From the NCBI GenBank assembly GCA_043228905.1, contig JBHGNT010000012.1, forward strand, positions 5,766,001-5,830,000: a stretch of 64,000 nt of DNA, given 5' to 3'. The position numbers and the translations under genes were made by a program. Of this stretch, positions 25,069-43,600 are shown piece after piece. Source of the stretch: Azolla caroliniana. Its lineage: Eukaryota > Plantae > Polypodiophyta. Numbering within the stretch: position 1 is the stretch's first letter; each line of letters begins with the position of its first letter. The notes below the pieces were generated by a model, which was not told the origin of the DNA, ran no database searches, and worked only from the letters and a program-made list of their open reading frames with translations.

Positions 25069-26988
25069 CAAAAAGGGGTAAGCATAATAGATGTTTGCAT
25101 AATTGATGCAGATAAAGAGTGTGAAGCGGATGTGATTAAGGAGGTAGCCACAAAAGACGAAATCGAATCGGAGGTGGCTATGGACGAATCAATGGCGGAT
25201 TGCCATATCGAGACTTCCCCACCACTGATTCCAGAGACTCCGGCGGTTGCGATCGAAAGGCAACGTGAGACCGAAGAGACGGAAGGTGGCGGAGAGAAAA
25301 CGAATGTCGAAGCCGACGAATACGATGAAGAGATAGCCGAGAAGAATGCTAAGGGTGAAACTACGAAAGAAGGTAATACCGAGGATTCATGCCAACAATA
25401 TCTAGAGACTTCGGCGGTTGTGTCCGAGAACCAACGTGAGACCGGAGAGACGGGAGATGGCGGCGAGGAAGGTAAAGTCGGAAGTCGGTTCGGATGGAAA
25501 ATGATCCATCCGAAATTCCAATCTAAAAGAAAGTGTGACAATGCGGAGGTCGGGTCTACGACGGGAGAAGCGCGTAATACAGAGCACGCTCTACGGCGAA
25601 TAAAGAAACGCGTGTTATGGCGAATAAAGAAGCACGCGCTACGGCGAGAAAAGAAGCATGCATTACAACCACACGAGGACCGAACAACGAGCACATATCG
25701 GAGGACCTACGTAGCGAACAACGGAAAGAAGTGCCGAAAGTCGAACCGGACAAGGCAGGTGAAAACGAAGAAAAGAAAGCAAATCCGGACGAAAAGAAAA
25801 GAAAAGAAAACGACCCGAAAGAGCACTGAATCGGTAAAAACCGATCAACCGAGTCCGGATCGACCGAATACAAATCGGAAAGGAAGCCGAACTAAACGAA
25901 AGACGATCCGACGAGACCGAATCGGAAGTAAGCTAATCCGACTAAACCGAAAATCCGAAAAGAAGTCGAGATTGATGAAGAAAAGAAAGAGGCCAAGAAA
26001 AGATACTACCGCGGATGACAAGGACCAAGCGGGCCATGCAAAAAGCGAACGAAGACTATGGTGGATCGGATGTCGACAATGGTTCGGGTGGAAAGAATGG
26101 ATGTGCTCCAAATGGAGAGACAAAGTCAACATAACAAGAGAAGTCGAGGGTACTACGAGCCGGCAACGAAACCAATCGGGTAGAGACCGGACGGAGGAGA
26201 CTAACAAACACCAACAACTTCGGCACATACCGGAGGATGTGCGGGTTTGGAGGGGGTGAGTGTCGTAGTGTATTTTGTACACTACGTGAAAAACGTATAT
26301 AGTATTAGATTCAATAAAAAATGAAGAAATAGAAGAAAATAGCAAAATAAATGGAACATGCATAGGGCAAGATTCGAACCTTGCACCTCCATGTTAATAA
26401 TGTAATGTCTTACCATTACACTAGCATTTCATTAGTGTTAAAGCATAGATGTCCCACATAGAAAGGTAAATTCACGCTAGGATAAACATTAGAAAAACGC
26501 ATAACAAAAGAAAAAGCTACACATACACATCTAGCGTGCATGATAAAAAACGCACAAGTTAGAAAAAAGCATGATCACTTTAGATAAAGCATATAGTCTA
26601 TCTATAGGAAAAGCATGGGGTCTATAGTTAGAGAAAAAGCATGGATTACTAAGACTTCCTCATCACTACATAAGGATGGGGAGCACAATGTAATTGTGTG
26701 TGAAAAATATTTGGAAACTGGATATGTTTCTAAAAAACACCAATTAATAAACTATACTCGTGGGATTCACGAGAATTCTATATCATTCTCTTTCAACCGA
26801 AGTTTATATTCTTATATTCATATTGATTAATCTAATACAATACACTCGTGGGATTCACGAGTTTGCTATAACTCTTTCTTACAACATATTTATATTCTTA
26901 TTAGCCTTAAAACTCTCCTCTTCCTAGTCCAAAACCCCAGCGGTTCCCACCCGACTCACGCAACGATCCGGAGCCGAAAGGCACGACA
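25069..26988 (+). mobile_element. 5'-truncated Gypsy fragment: charged low-complexity 3' region, PPT and 3' LTR (26261-26988)
   Basis: CACATACCGGAGGATGTGCGGGTTTGGAGGGGG..TGTCGTAGTG junction and the ...GGCACGACA LTR end match the element at 61397-64000. Confidence 0.85.
26359..26426 (-). promoter_or_regulatory. tRNA-like A/B-box module in an LTR
   Basis: TAGTGTAATGGTAAG...GAGGT GCAAG GTTCGAAT CTTGC (paired T-stem). Confidence 0.75.
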
Positions 26989-27499
26989 GCGAATGTAGTC
27001 TTCAACATAATTACGAAGATGCGGCCACCAATAATTTCTAGAAACTAATTCCAAAGTTTTGTGAACTCCAAAATGTATATCCATTGGCATGTCATGGGAG
27101 TGTTGTAAATAAGGAGTCAAGAGCGGCCATCAGGGACATAAAGTAAATTATTTCGAAAAAGTAAATTATCATGCCATCTGAACTAATTATAATCTTTACG
27201 AGAATTCACAGACCTTGAACAAGAAGCATGATCTAGAATGATATGATTCAAGACATCTTGTGCAAATGCGTCTGCGTTAAGATCCGTATGAATCGTAATT
27301 ATAAGTATCACGTCCGTAGGCGTCTTAAAAGCATTAGCAACCATCACTTGTAAACGATCAAGATCAAGCAGGATCTGCTTTTGATGATCAAAAGTAGGTT
27401 CCCCTAAATAGGGCGCCATGTATGAACGGCGAGATAGCGCAAATTTGTCTTTCCCTAGTGTATTGTTGGGTGATACACGATCAAGAAATCAAAGCGAAT

Positions 27500-27900
27500 T
27501 GCAAGAAATGTAGTTGAATTCCATTAATCCTCGTAGGTCCCATCCGTAGCAACTTCATCACCATATCACCATATCATCAACCGTAAACTCAACATAATAA
27601 CATCCTTTGCCTAGGAATTGAATATCCACAATCCAAGGGAGATCTTCTTGGAATCATGCATGCATCAAGTGAGGCAACTCCCCACAACTAGGATGGCCTT
27701 CTAATTACATGTACTACCACCAACAGCTGACACAAATGGTCTATTTCGGCCTGCACCTCCATAGGCAAGGTTACTTTGACGACTAGATCTGCGACAGGAT
27801 GAATAACGAAGGGGAGTTCCCCAGAATCCCTTCTTGAGGTCATCAGGACCATTGTCTCAGCCATCGTCTCTATGTTTTTCTCTAATACAATCATAGAATT
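27500..27900 (-). mobile_element. LINE (L1-like) ORF1 N-terminal relic
   Basis: Minus-strand IVDIQFLGKG..YYVEF resembles plant L1 ORF1 (DUF4283-like). Confidence 0.45.
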
Positions 27901-30900
27901 ACTGAATCAAGTCTCTAACTAATTTCATGGCTCTCAAGAGGACAAAATGTGAATGAATCCAAACACAAGTTTGAATTATATATGTCATAGGAAGTCAACT
28001 CTATGTCGATTTCTTCATAGGTTTTCCTTATTGCCAATTCACCTTTTTTTCTTCTAGATGCCCACTAGCAACTCACGCCGACTTCAAGTGTTGTTCGCCT
28101 CCAATTCTTTTAACTCCCTCGTCGGCTCACCACCAACCAACTCACACTAACTACAATGTGCATGATGACTTAGAAACTTGTCGAACCTCGATTCAATCAT
28201 GTCTCGTAGCCTTTGCCTTTTAATGATCTGCCCACAACGTCGAACATAGTTTCAGATGAGCCACAAGAAGAGAAGTTATGTTGTTGATTCACCAAATTAC
28301 TTGTTTTTGAATAGTGAACAAGTTGGGTTTTAACCTTTTCCTGAAAGTGTGGTTCCAAACCATGTTTTGTAATGTTACTTTAGTACTTTTCCATACAAAT
28401 AATGATTTTGGACATTCCATCATACACGACTCGCAATTTAGTCCTTTGACGAGCACCCTTGGCCTTCATGATGTTGGTTTCTACAAAAAAAAAATTCATG
28501 TCAAATGCTAAATTTTCAAAAGTTATTAAACCTAGAAAATATTTCACACCTTTTCCCGAATTGTATTTGTAAATATGCAACAATAGGTATGGTTTTCAAT
28601 CATGGTTATTATAGTTCACCAAATGTCTCTTATACGATGTTTCCATGCCTCGCCACTTCATACATTGTCCAATTTACTCATGTGATTCGGTGCCAACTTT
28701 CTTAGATTTAGCAAGTTGTTACCTTACATTGAAGCAATCAACATTGGTGCAATTCACACAACCTAACATAATATCAAAGGTGGAAGTGGTTTTCTCTTTT
28801 GAGTTATTGAGGAATCCAACATGTATGTTAAGACATTGTTGCAATGGTTGTGCAAATTGTTTGGTGATCAAGGTCATAAGTTTGATACATTTATGTAGTA
28901 TGGAGTAAAGACCTTGTCTCGATAGTCATAAAGCTTGCAATTAGGGCAATCAAAATTGTCACCGTTTTTGAGTTCTCATGAATGGAGGTTCATGGAAAGC
29001 CCTAATTGGGTCAAATATATATACCTTTATTGATAACCATCTTGAACATTTACCTTACTTTCTAAATCAAGTCCAATAGCCTGCATAAATGGTTGACAAA
29101 TATCAAACATTTTAATGTATTAATAATTCAAGTTTGATATAATTGATGGAGGTTTTGGAAGGATGCATATTGTCGTTTATCTTTGTAATGGCATCTCTAT
29201 CAATGCATTGAAAATAATTAATATGAAAGGCAATATGAACTTTGTTGTGTAAAGGTGAATTTGTGTATGGCACTTCCCAATTTCATTTTATAATGATAAA
29301 TAGAACAAATTATCATGTTGAGAACTTAGTAACCTTGACTCACATAATCACCAACAAGGAACCTTAACAATGATTTTTTTCACTTTCTTCAAAGGCAACA
29401 ACTTGCTGATGCACGTTTACATAATTTTTATTCTACTATCGAGACTCATATATGGTGACATGTGACATGTACAACAAATGAGGATGATCTAAAGTAGAAT
29501 ACAACAAAAATCCTCATCAAATGCATCTAGAATTGACGATCAAGGTTGAAACCCATCCTTAATTTGAATGGCTTAAGAAACATGTGTTGCACCATTGTAT
29601 AGAACTCTATAGGAATTAATGATCATCTTGGTTGGTTTGTTTACTTAGTGACACCATCCACTCACCACTGCTACCAAACAAAGTCATGACCTATGCATGT
29701 GTTGATCGATTAACAATGAAATTAGGTGAAATGCTTTTTGACTTTACATTAGGGATTTGAATGCTGCAACAAACCTCCTATATATTGAGATGCTATCATC
29801 ATTATTTGTTTGACATATGTCATTTGAGTACATACTCATAAATATCATTGTAGAAGTGTTATCAATAAGATTGTCACGTACAATGACATAAATTTTACTT
29901 ATTCTGGGACGATGGAACGTTGAACTATTGTGATGCACATGAAGGAAATGGGGCCAATTTTCAAGATCCATAGGTATGTATATATATGCATAATTATTTG
30001 TATATCTATCTATTTCAATCGGTCTCTTTCTCACAATTACATCTATGATGTTTGAGCCAGTGGCAACCCAAGGGCATTCATTTTGTAGATGCATGAGACC
30101 AAGTTGTTGTTGCCTTTTTTTTCTTTGTGCATCATATTAAGGTTTTCAATCTTTGGCATTAAAGTGATTGGCTACAAAAAGGCAATTTTTTTCTTTCTAT
30201 GAACACTACCTTCTTGCATGGTGTTTCCAATTGTTCAACCACTTGTGAAGTGGCGAAGTATAGGTGGGGTTATTGCATTTCTTAGTTTTTTTTACCTTTG
30301 TAATACACCTCTATGTCTTGATGGGTTTTTCCTCCCAATCCATGACCTACCCCCTCGGTGTTTAGACCTTGCATTGAACGATGTCTACATTACCGATGTG
30401 TAGATTCGACATACATATAAATAGATTATTAACTCTAAGGTCATGAGTGCAAGGCTTGATTGTACTGACACTTCCATTGTGGAATGTAGGGGGGTAGAAT
30501 GCATGACTTTCTAGTCTTCGCTCTCTCGACAACCAATCAGGTCAAGTGTGTTGTCATCATTAGGGAAATTGTAACTCTAACCAACTCTTGAGAGCCGAAA
30601 CTTTGACTTCAGAAGCATTTCAATGTATCATTAACTATTTTCACCTGTTGGAGATTGATAGTATGGTCCCCGATTAATTCCCCTTTTTTGGATGATATCC
30701 TAGCTTGTCGTATCAAAGGTGTTATTGGCAAAGGCTAAGAGTTGTTTTCATGGATTATAATTAGCTTTATCTTGCCAAATATCATCGCTTATATTTGGTT
30801 CTTTCTTTGATGATATATACTTGTGGAGTGGAAACTATTATGTACTATTTGTATATTGCCTTTGGCATTGTTAATTTTAATACCAATGGAGCATATTTTT

Positions 30901-31139
30901 TATCGAAAAAAAACTTTGACATCAGAAGCAACGACGAATAGGCCAATCGAAACGTGCGAGGCTTCAGACCATAGTTTCCTTTTCCTCTCTTTACGACAAC
31001 TTGCCCTCCTACTTGTCTCATTCTCCCATCTCTCGCTCTCTCTCAGGAGCCGCAAGCCGTGGCCGCCTCTCTCACTCGATGGGGCTTCTAGGTCACACTT
31101 TCTCGTGTCCCCCGAATCGGTGGAGTGATAAACTTTAAG

Positions 31140-31870
31140 ATTTTTTCAATAACACTATTGGTGTTAAGTAAAGATGCTCACTCTCGCCAACTCTATTTTG
31201 TCTGTACATTGATGAATTAGACGAAATGGTTGCCAAGTTTGTCATGGGAGAAGGTGTTCAAGAAGTTGCCATTGGGAATGTTGCCATTATGCTTTTGTTA
31301 CATGCAGATGTAGTGCTTTTGTAAATACTTTAGGAGATGCACAAAAGCTTATGAAGGCATTGGAAAATTTTTGCATGCATATTAAATTAAGTGTCAACAA
31401 CTCTAAAACAAAAATTATGCTTGTGAAGAGAAAAAAAGAGATAAACCATGCATTATGTACAATAATGAGCCACTTGAATGTGTCGAAAGCTTCAAATATG
31501 GTGCCCTTAAAATTCTTTCAAATTATCGATGGAATGAATGTGCTACATGTAGTTTAGAGGTAGGAAAGAGGGCACATTATGCATTTTAGAACATATGCAA
31601 TCATGGAGATATGAATTGTTGGGTCCTCGGAAAATACCATTTCAACACTTTGGTGACACCTATGCTTATGTCTGGGGTGGAAATATCCTTAGATATACTT
31701 GGAAAGAGTTTGAAAATGTCCAAAAACATTTTTCTTACAAAGTTTCTTTCTACAAGTTAAGAAACAAACACACAAACACCCTCCACCTCCTTGAGACGGG
31801 ATCACATCCCATTGAGATCATGACCATGGAAAGGGGGTTGTCGAATACATGCTTAAGGTTAAAAAAAAAA
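31140..31870 (+). mobile_element. Degenerate non-LTR (RTE-like) reverse transcriptase fragment
   Basis: GVK*RCSLSPTLFCLYIDE, LLHAD, LENFC..KLSVNNSKTKIM motifs; ends near an A-run. Confidence 0.7.
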
Positions 31871-32039
31871 AAAGGTCTCTCGTTATCGACTTCCTAAAAT
31901 TACATGCATGGGAAACAAGCCCAAAAAAGATCTAAACGGACGCATAAAGGCAAAAATTTGTGTTCCGAGGATCCAAAATAAGCATATCACGTATTATTTT
32001 TTGGTCTCGTTTACTCATATTTGACCTCCGAAGACGATA

Positions 32040-32550
32040 ATACAATCTCTCTCTCTTTCCGTGGGCCCCTCTCTTCCCCGTTCTCTCCCTCTCTCTCCCT
32101 CTCTCTCCCGTTCCGCGGCCTTTCTCTCTCTAGAAAACCCCCTCCTCTCTCTCTCTAGAAACTCCCCTTTTTCTCTCTCTAGATACGCCGACTTTCTCTC
32201 TCTAGCAACTCCCTCCCTCTCTCTCTCTCTCACTTTCCGTGGGCCCTCTCTTCTCTTTTCTCTCTCTAGATCCGCCGCCTTTCTCTCTCTAGCAACTCCC
32301 TCTCTCTCTCTCTCTCGCTTTCCGTGGGCCCTCTCTTCCCGTTTCTCTCTCTAGATCCGCCGCCTTTCTCTCTCTAGCAACTCCCTCCCTCTCTCTCTCT
32401 CTCTCTCTCTCTAGAGCCGCCCTTTTCTACTCTCTCTCTCTCTCTCTCTCAAGCGCTTCAAAATTCGAGTCTTGGTCTCAGCGTCTGTCTCTGTCTCAGA
32501 CTCTCTCCTCATTCACCAATTCTACACACACACACTCTCTCTCTCTCGAT
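32040..32550 (+). promoter_or_regulatory. (CT)n/GAGA-rich repeated tract upstream of AACT
   Basis: Repeated TCTCTCTAGCAACTCCC / TCTAGATCCGCCGCC units directly before the ATG; function inferred. Confidence 0.55.
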
Positions 32551-32563
32551 CGATCGAGCAGCC

Positions 32564-39006
<6,443 letters not shown>

Positions 39007-41077
39007 GGGTAATTTTAATTCCTTTTTTGGTCATTCTTAGGGTTTTTGCCAGTGGGCTTGTTTGAAGGGTAAAAAGGAAGAGAACTTATCAATAATGAAC
39101 AGGACCTTCCTAAGAACTTTTCTAGAAATGAGAACAAATAGATTTAGGAACAACAAAAGAACTAATATCTGTTTTGAAGAGCGTATAGAATATGCAGGAT
39201 CAACAATTAATTTGATAAGGTTGGTATGAAAAAGATAAATTTATTCTCTTATGTTTCCTTGTATGTTCTTCACTAGAATTGAGTTATATCTTTTATACAA
39301 ATACATATGTTGTTTTGTCTTGTACAACTAAATATTTTGTGGGCCACATGGTGTTTTGAGCTGATGAGTAGATTTTTTTTTTTGTGACAGGGTTCATCCT
39401 TTGTGCTGCCAACTTATTTATATCACATATTTGCGTCATTCTTTGAACTGCAATAAAAGTTTGAAATCCACAGAATGCATACATTGCGAGAAGAATTTTT
39501 TGATCTTCATGGCAATGGGAAGGAAAAAAAAGTTCTGAAAGAGATAGATTGTGGATGTTAAGCATTCCAATATAAGAAAGTGGATGGTTGTTTTTTGTTA
39601 ACATTGAGAAAAGCTTAAGTTAAGTGGTTCAGATCATGTTGTTTTCCTGTCTAGTGCATATAAAATTGCTCAATGAACTACCTTGTCAATTGCGACCATT
39701 CTGCAATAGGAGTTAATTTGTAAATAGTTTATACCTCCAAATGTAGAGAAGAGAATTACGGTGACATAGTGGGTGTACGAGGGTTCTATTACATTTTGCG
39801 ATGACTGTCCATGTTGAGGTGAATAGACAACACAATGATTACAACCGAAGGACTGAAGGGTTATAATAACAAGAAGTCAAGTACAGAAAAGATTGAGAAA
39901 CAAGATGAATTTTGTTGGGACATATCATAGAAAACTAGATGTTGGGGCATCATCATGCTAGTTTTTTGGTTGACAATATGTTAATGAAAAACAGACCATG
40001 AAATCATTTAATCTGAACTGTTTAAGATACTCTAAGCCTAAAATAGTTTATGCTTTTAGCAATGAAATTGATTGAAAATGGAGCATGTGAAGTAGTTAAG
40101 ATGTTAAACCAACCTCATTTTGAAGCTTGGACAAATTGTAAACCAATAAAACACAATTCAAACAGAACTGAATCAACTGAATCCTTAGCTCCCCAAATTG
40201 AACGTAACTGTTTTTCATCATCTAAGTAATTGAATTGCAGCGATGTGGGTCAGTTTCCACTTAGAACGTGCTATATTACTATCGTAATTGTGTTAGGCCT
40301 AGCAATAATTCAATTAACTATTTGGAAATGGTGATGTGGACATTTTGCACCCCAATATACTCCTTAATTCTGATGTGTTGTCTCATTGGTTATAAATATA
40401 TCTATGTTTGGGTTGTGCAATCTCCATGTTTGGGAAGGGGTTGGGAGAGGTGCAAAAGATTGAGTATGTTATGAATGTGGGGTGGGGTAGGACTCGCAAC
40501 TATCCAAACCATATTGGCTCTATAAGATGTTGATCCACCAAGTCATGATCTTCACATACATTCTTGCAAACCGAATGAAGCAAGCCTTGTTTAACTAGAG
40601 TTAATGACATGACACAAGATTCTTGAGCCCCTAAAACTATGCAACAATAATAGTGCGTAGCATTGTTTGCATCCATGTGGGATATGCTCACAAGGAATAA
40701 TTTTGACCAGACATGCAAACTCAACATGTACATCATCAATAATAAGAGGAAACACATAACTGAGTAGCACACCCCAACATGACAACCTATAATTTCCATG
40801 GAGACCTATTTGGGTTGATTCAAGTTCGTACTCAACCATAGGTAGAAAAGATTTTTTTGACCTTCATGATTTCATATCTTCTTACATAAAATAGCCAAGT
40901 GCAACGTAAAGTTCTCCAAAGTGTGCATAAAAAGGATTCATGCACAAAGATTGTACGTTAAATATTCAGCACTTAATGTTAAGTAGGTAGATCATAAACA
41001 ATTTCTTCACTTCGTTGGTTCCCTAGGTCAAAGGTAATAACACTCTTCATCAATGTTTCTACCAATGCAAAATTGAT

Positions 41078-41475
41078 AATTTTCTACATATAGCACCTTC
41101 ATAATTCTTACTCAACGATTTTTATTTATTCGATTTGATTTAGGCTATGAAAAGACTCTAAGGATTGATGCCTCTGAAGATTAGTTTCTTAAAGAGAGAG
41201 AAAGGTGTTATGTTCTACGAAGCATACAATGTGTACATATGGCGGTGAGGCTTTTCCACGTAGAAACTTCTTTGTATTTTTCTACATATAGCATCTTCAT
41301 AATTCTTACTCAACGATTTTTATTTATTCGATTTGATTTAGGCTATGAAAAGACTCTAAGGATTGATGCCTCTGAAGATTAGTTTCTTAAAGAGAGAAAA
41401 AGGTGTTATGTTCTACTAATCATACAATGTGACACATATGGCAATGAGGCTTTTCCACATAGAAACTTCTTTGTA
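41078..41475. repeat. ~198-bp tandem duplication
   Basis: TTTTCTACATATAGCA...AGAAACTTCTTTGTA present twice, nearly identical. Confidence 0.9.
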
Positions 41476-42409
41476 AAAGGATCATGTGATGACCATACAA
41501 ATAAGGTGTTTTCGGTTCTTTTTGTTAGGTATGCACATTGCCATAGTTTACATAAGGAATTACGATTTCCAACTTGAAAGATATCATTGCTAGTGGGATG
41601 TCGTAGTTGGGATCTTTTGTTTGATAATGTATCGGTGCATTAAATGATCAATCATTTGAATGGAACTTGGACGTTGTGGTTGGAACTTTTGTTTGATAAT
41701 GTGTTGGTGCGCTAAACAATCAATAATGTAAGATGGCACACAGTTTTCAATATCGATATTGAGAGGGATTGAAACGATATTGAGAGGGATTGAAACATCT
41801 GCATGCTTTTTTTGCGAAGAAAATTCCAATTAGAGATTTAAACAAGATTCAAGTTTGGTTCACAATTTTTTTTGTATGCAGTAATAGCTTTTTGAAATGC
41901 TCTACCTTTTGCATTGTTAATTTTTGTTGGTGTTTCCGAGACAATGCACTTTGTTGAGATGGCATGCTCCTTCAAATAAAAAAACAAACATAACGTTCTT
42001 TTTTCGTAATCTAACCTATAAACCTAACTAAACCTTCAAAGGCTTCATTGTAAACATTAGAGAACTTTGGTGGGGTGATGCTTATGAGAAAAAAAGCCAT
42101 TTTTACCTCGGCTCAATGTGGGGCCCTGAAAACTATCGGATTGACATTATAATTGGTGCATGGACATATATTTTGTGCGGGTTCGAGGATGTCGTAAATG
42201 CCTTCTCTTCTCTGTCTTAGGGTTTAGTCAAATTAAGCATTGTAACCACTTAGGGCTCTTTGCCTAGTAAGCTGGGGTCGGATCATTCACTAAATGCCAA
42301 TGTAAATTTTCACAAGATCAATAGTTCCCGAGTTTTCTGACGACAATAGGAACTAACCCTTTAGACAATGACATTACATATCCTTCAATAAGCACTCCCT
42401 TAGGTAGAA

Positions 42410-42763
42410 GCGAATCAATTACTTGCGGTTAGTTAAGTACTGACTGTTCATGATTAATTACTAATCACGAGGATTAGCTATAATCACCAATGACTATCAA
42501 TTTAAGTCAATGATTCCTTTTTTTAACTACCCTCTAGTCCCTTAGGAGAGAATGTATTGCTCGCAGTTAAGTACTAATCGTTGATGGTTAACGATTAATC
42601 ACGAGGATTAGTGACTAGTCATGGATGATTATCAATTTCAAGCCACGAGGAACGGATTGCTCGTGGTTAAGTACTAACGGTTGATGATTAATTACTAATC
42701 ACGAGGATTAGTTACTAATCACCAATGATGAGATTAACTTTTAAGTCAATGATTCCTTTTAAC

Positions 42764-42770
<7 letters not shown>
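42410..42770. repeat. Three-copy palindrome-rich repeat in the SAUR promoter
   Basis: GGTTAAGTACT...TGATTAATTACTAATCACGAGGATTAG at ~42430, 42565, 42665. Confidence 0.8.
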
Positions 42771-42804
<34 letters not shown>

Positions 42805-43021
42805 TGAAGCCACAAACGGTCTTCTTTTGGTCGGTCTTCCTTCCCTTTCTTCTTCTTCTCTGATCTCCCGAAACCCTAACCCTAATAATCTTCCCCTCTT
42901 CCAAACCCTAACATTCTCTCTGCTCTCTCAGAAATCCTCACCCTGCCTCTGATTATCTGTCCTCTCAGAATCCCTGATTCTTTTCTCTCTCTCTCTCTCT
43001 CTCTTCTCCCTGTTCTTCACC

Positions 43022-43600
43022 ATGCCGTTCGGAGCCATTTTCTGCAACTTTCACCCCTCCTCCTCCTCTGTCTCGCGATCCTCTTCAGGCTACCATCAGC
43101 TCCTCTCTTCATCTGAAATTTCTCAGAAATCAGATGATGACCATTTTCGACTGCCTTCCTCTTCGCCGTTATCATCATCGTTCCCGTCGTCATCATCTTA
43201 TTCTTTTCCATCATCAAGGAAAAAGAAGAAGCGACGAAGATCCATCGTTCCTGTCGTAGTCGAAGGAAACGGTTCTAGTACAGCTAATCAGATCTTTTTT
43301 GTCGATCCGCATATCCTCGAACATTCTCTCTTTCAAGATTTGCTGAGAAAATCCATGATAATGAAGCAATATTCGTGGAAGAGTCGCTCTGAATTTCAGG
43401 ACTCACTTTGTCAGGGAAAATATTATCATTATCGTGATCGTGATCATGATAATGAACCTATCTTTCTCAACTGTGATGCAATCCTGTTTGAATTCTTCAT
43501 CTGGCTCGTGGAGAACGATGATCCTTCTCTGAGAGATCTAGATCTTAATGATCTCATGGAGTTCTATGGTACGGGTGAAGCAGACTCGATACAAAATTAG
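43022..43600 (+). CDS. SAUR: SAUR (small auxin-up RNA) family protein, SAUR76-78-like, with Ser-rich N-terminal extension
   Basis: Intronless; VPVVV..FFVD..LEHSLFQDLL..CDAILFEFFIWLVENDD..LMEFY matches the Auxin_inducible core and the C-terminus I recall for AtSAUR76-78. Telo-boxes AAACCCTA at ~42871 and ~42903. Confidence 0.75.
   Translation: MPFGAIFCNFHPSSSSVSRSSSGYHQLLSSSEISQKSDDDHFRLPSSSPLSSSFPSSSSYSFPSSRKKKKRRRSIVPVVVEGNGSSTANQIFFVDPHILEHSLFQDLLRKSMIMKQYSWKSRSEFQDSLCQGKYYHYRDRDHDNEPIFLNCDAILFEFFIWLVENDDPSLRDLDLNDLMEFYGTGEADSIQN

Larger units (their letters stand above)
17760..27490 (-). mobile_element. Tcn1-like chromovirus (Gypsy) element A, split into 17760-18911, 24579-25068 and 26989-27490
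   Basis: 3' LTR ~17760-18283 after PPT; chromodomain ILDSKVVKNKLYHFVDWLGY..TWEP; integrase MDFITDLP...IISDRGPQF...QTER; HFGVHKT..YWWP. Confidence 0.85.

Noticed and set aside
24952-26259. 435-aa ORF as a host gene
   Set aside because: Chimeric: starts in the antisense of a chromovirus integrase and runs through a retroelement 3' region to the PPT
32015-32354. ORFs upstream of AACT
   Set aside because: Translations of the (CT)n tract
40440-40850. Possible minus-strand LINE remnant or small gene
   Set aside because: Too degenerate; no diagnostic motif I can support
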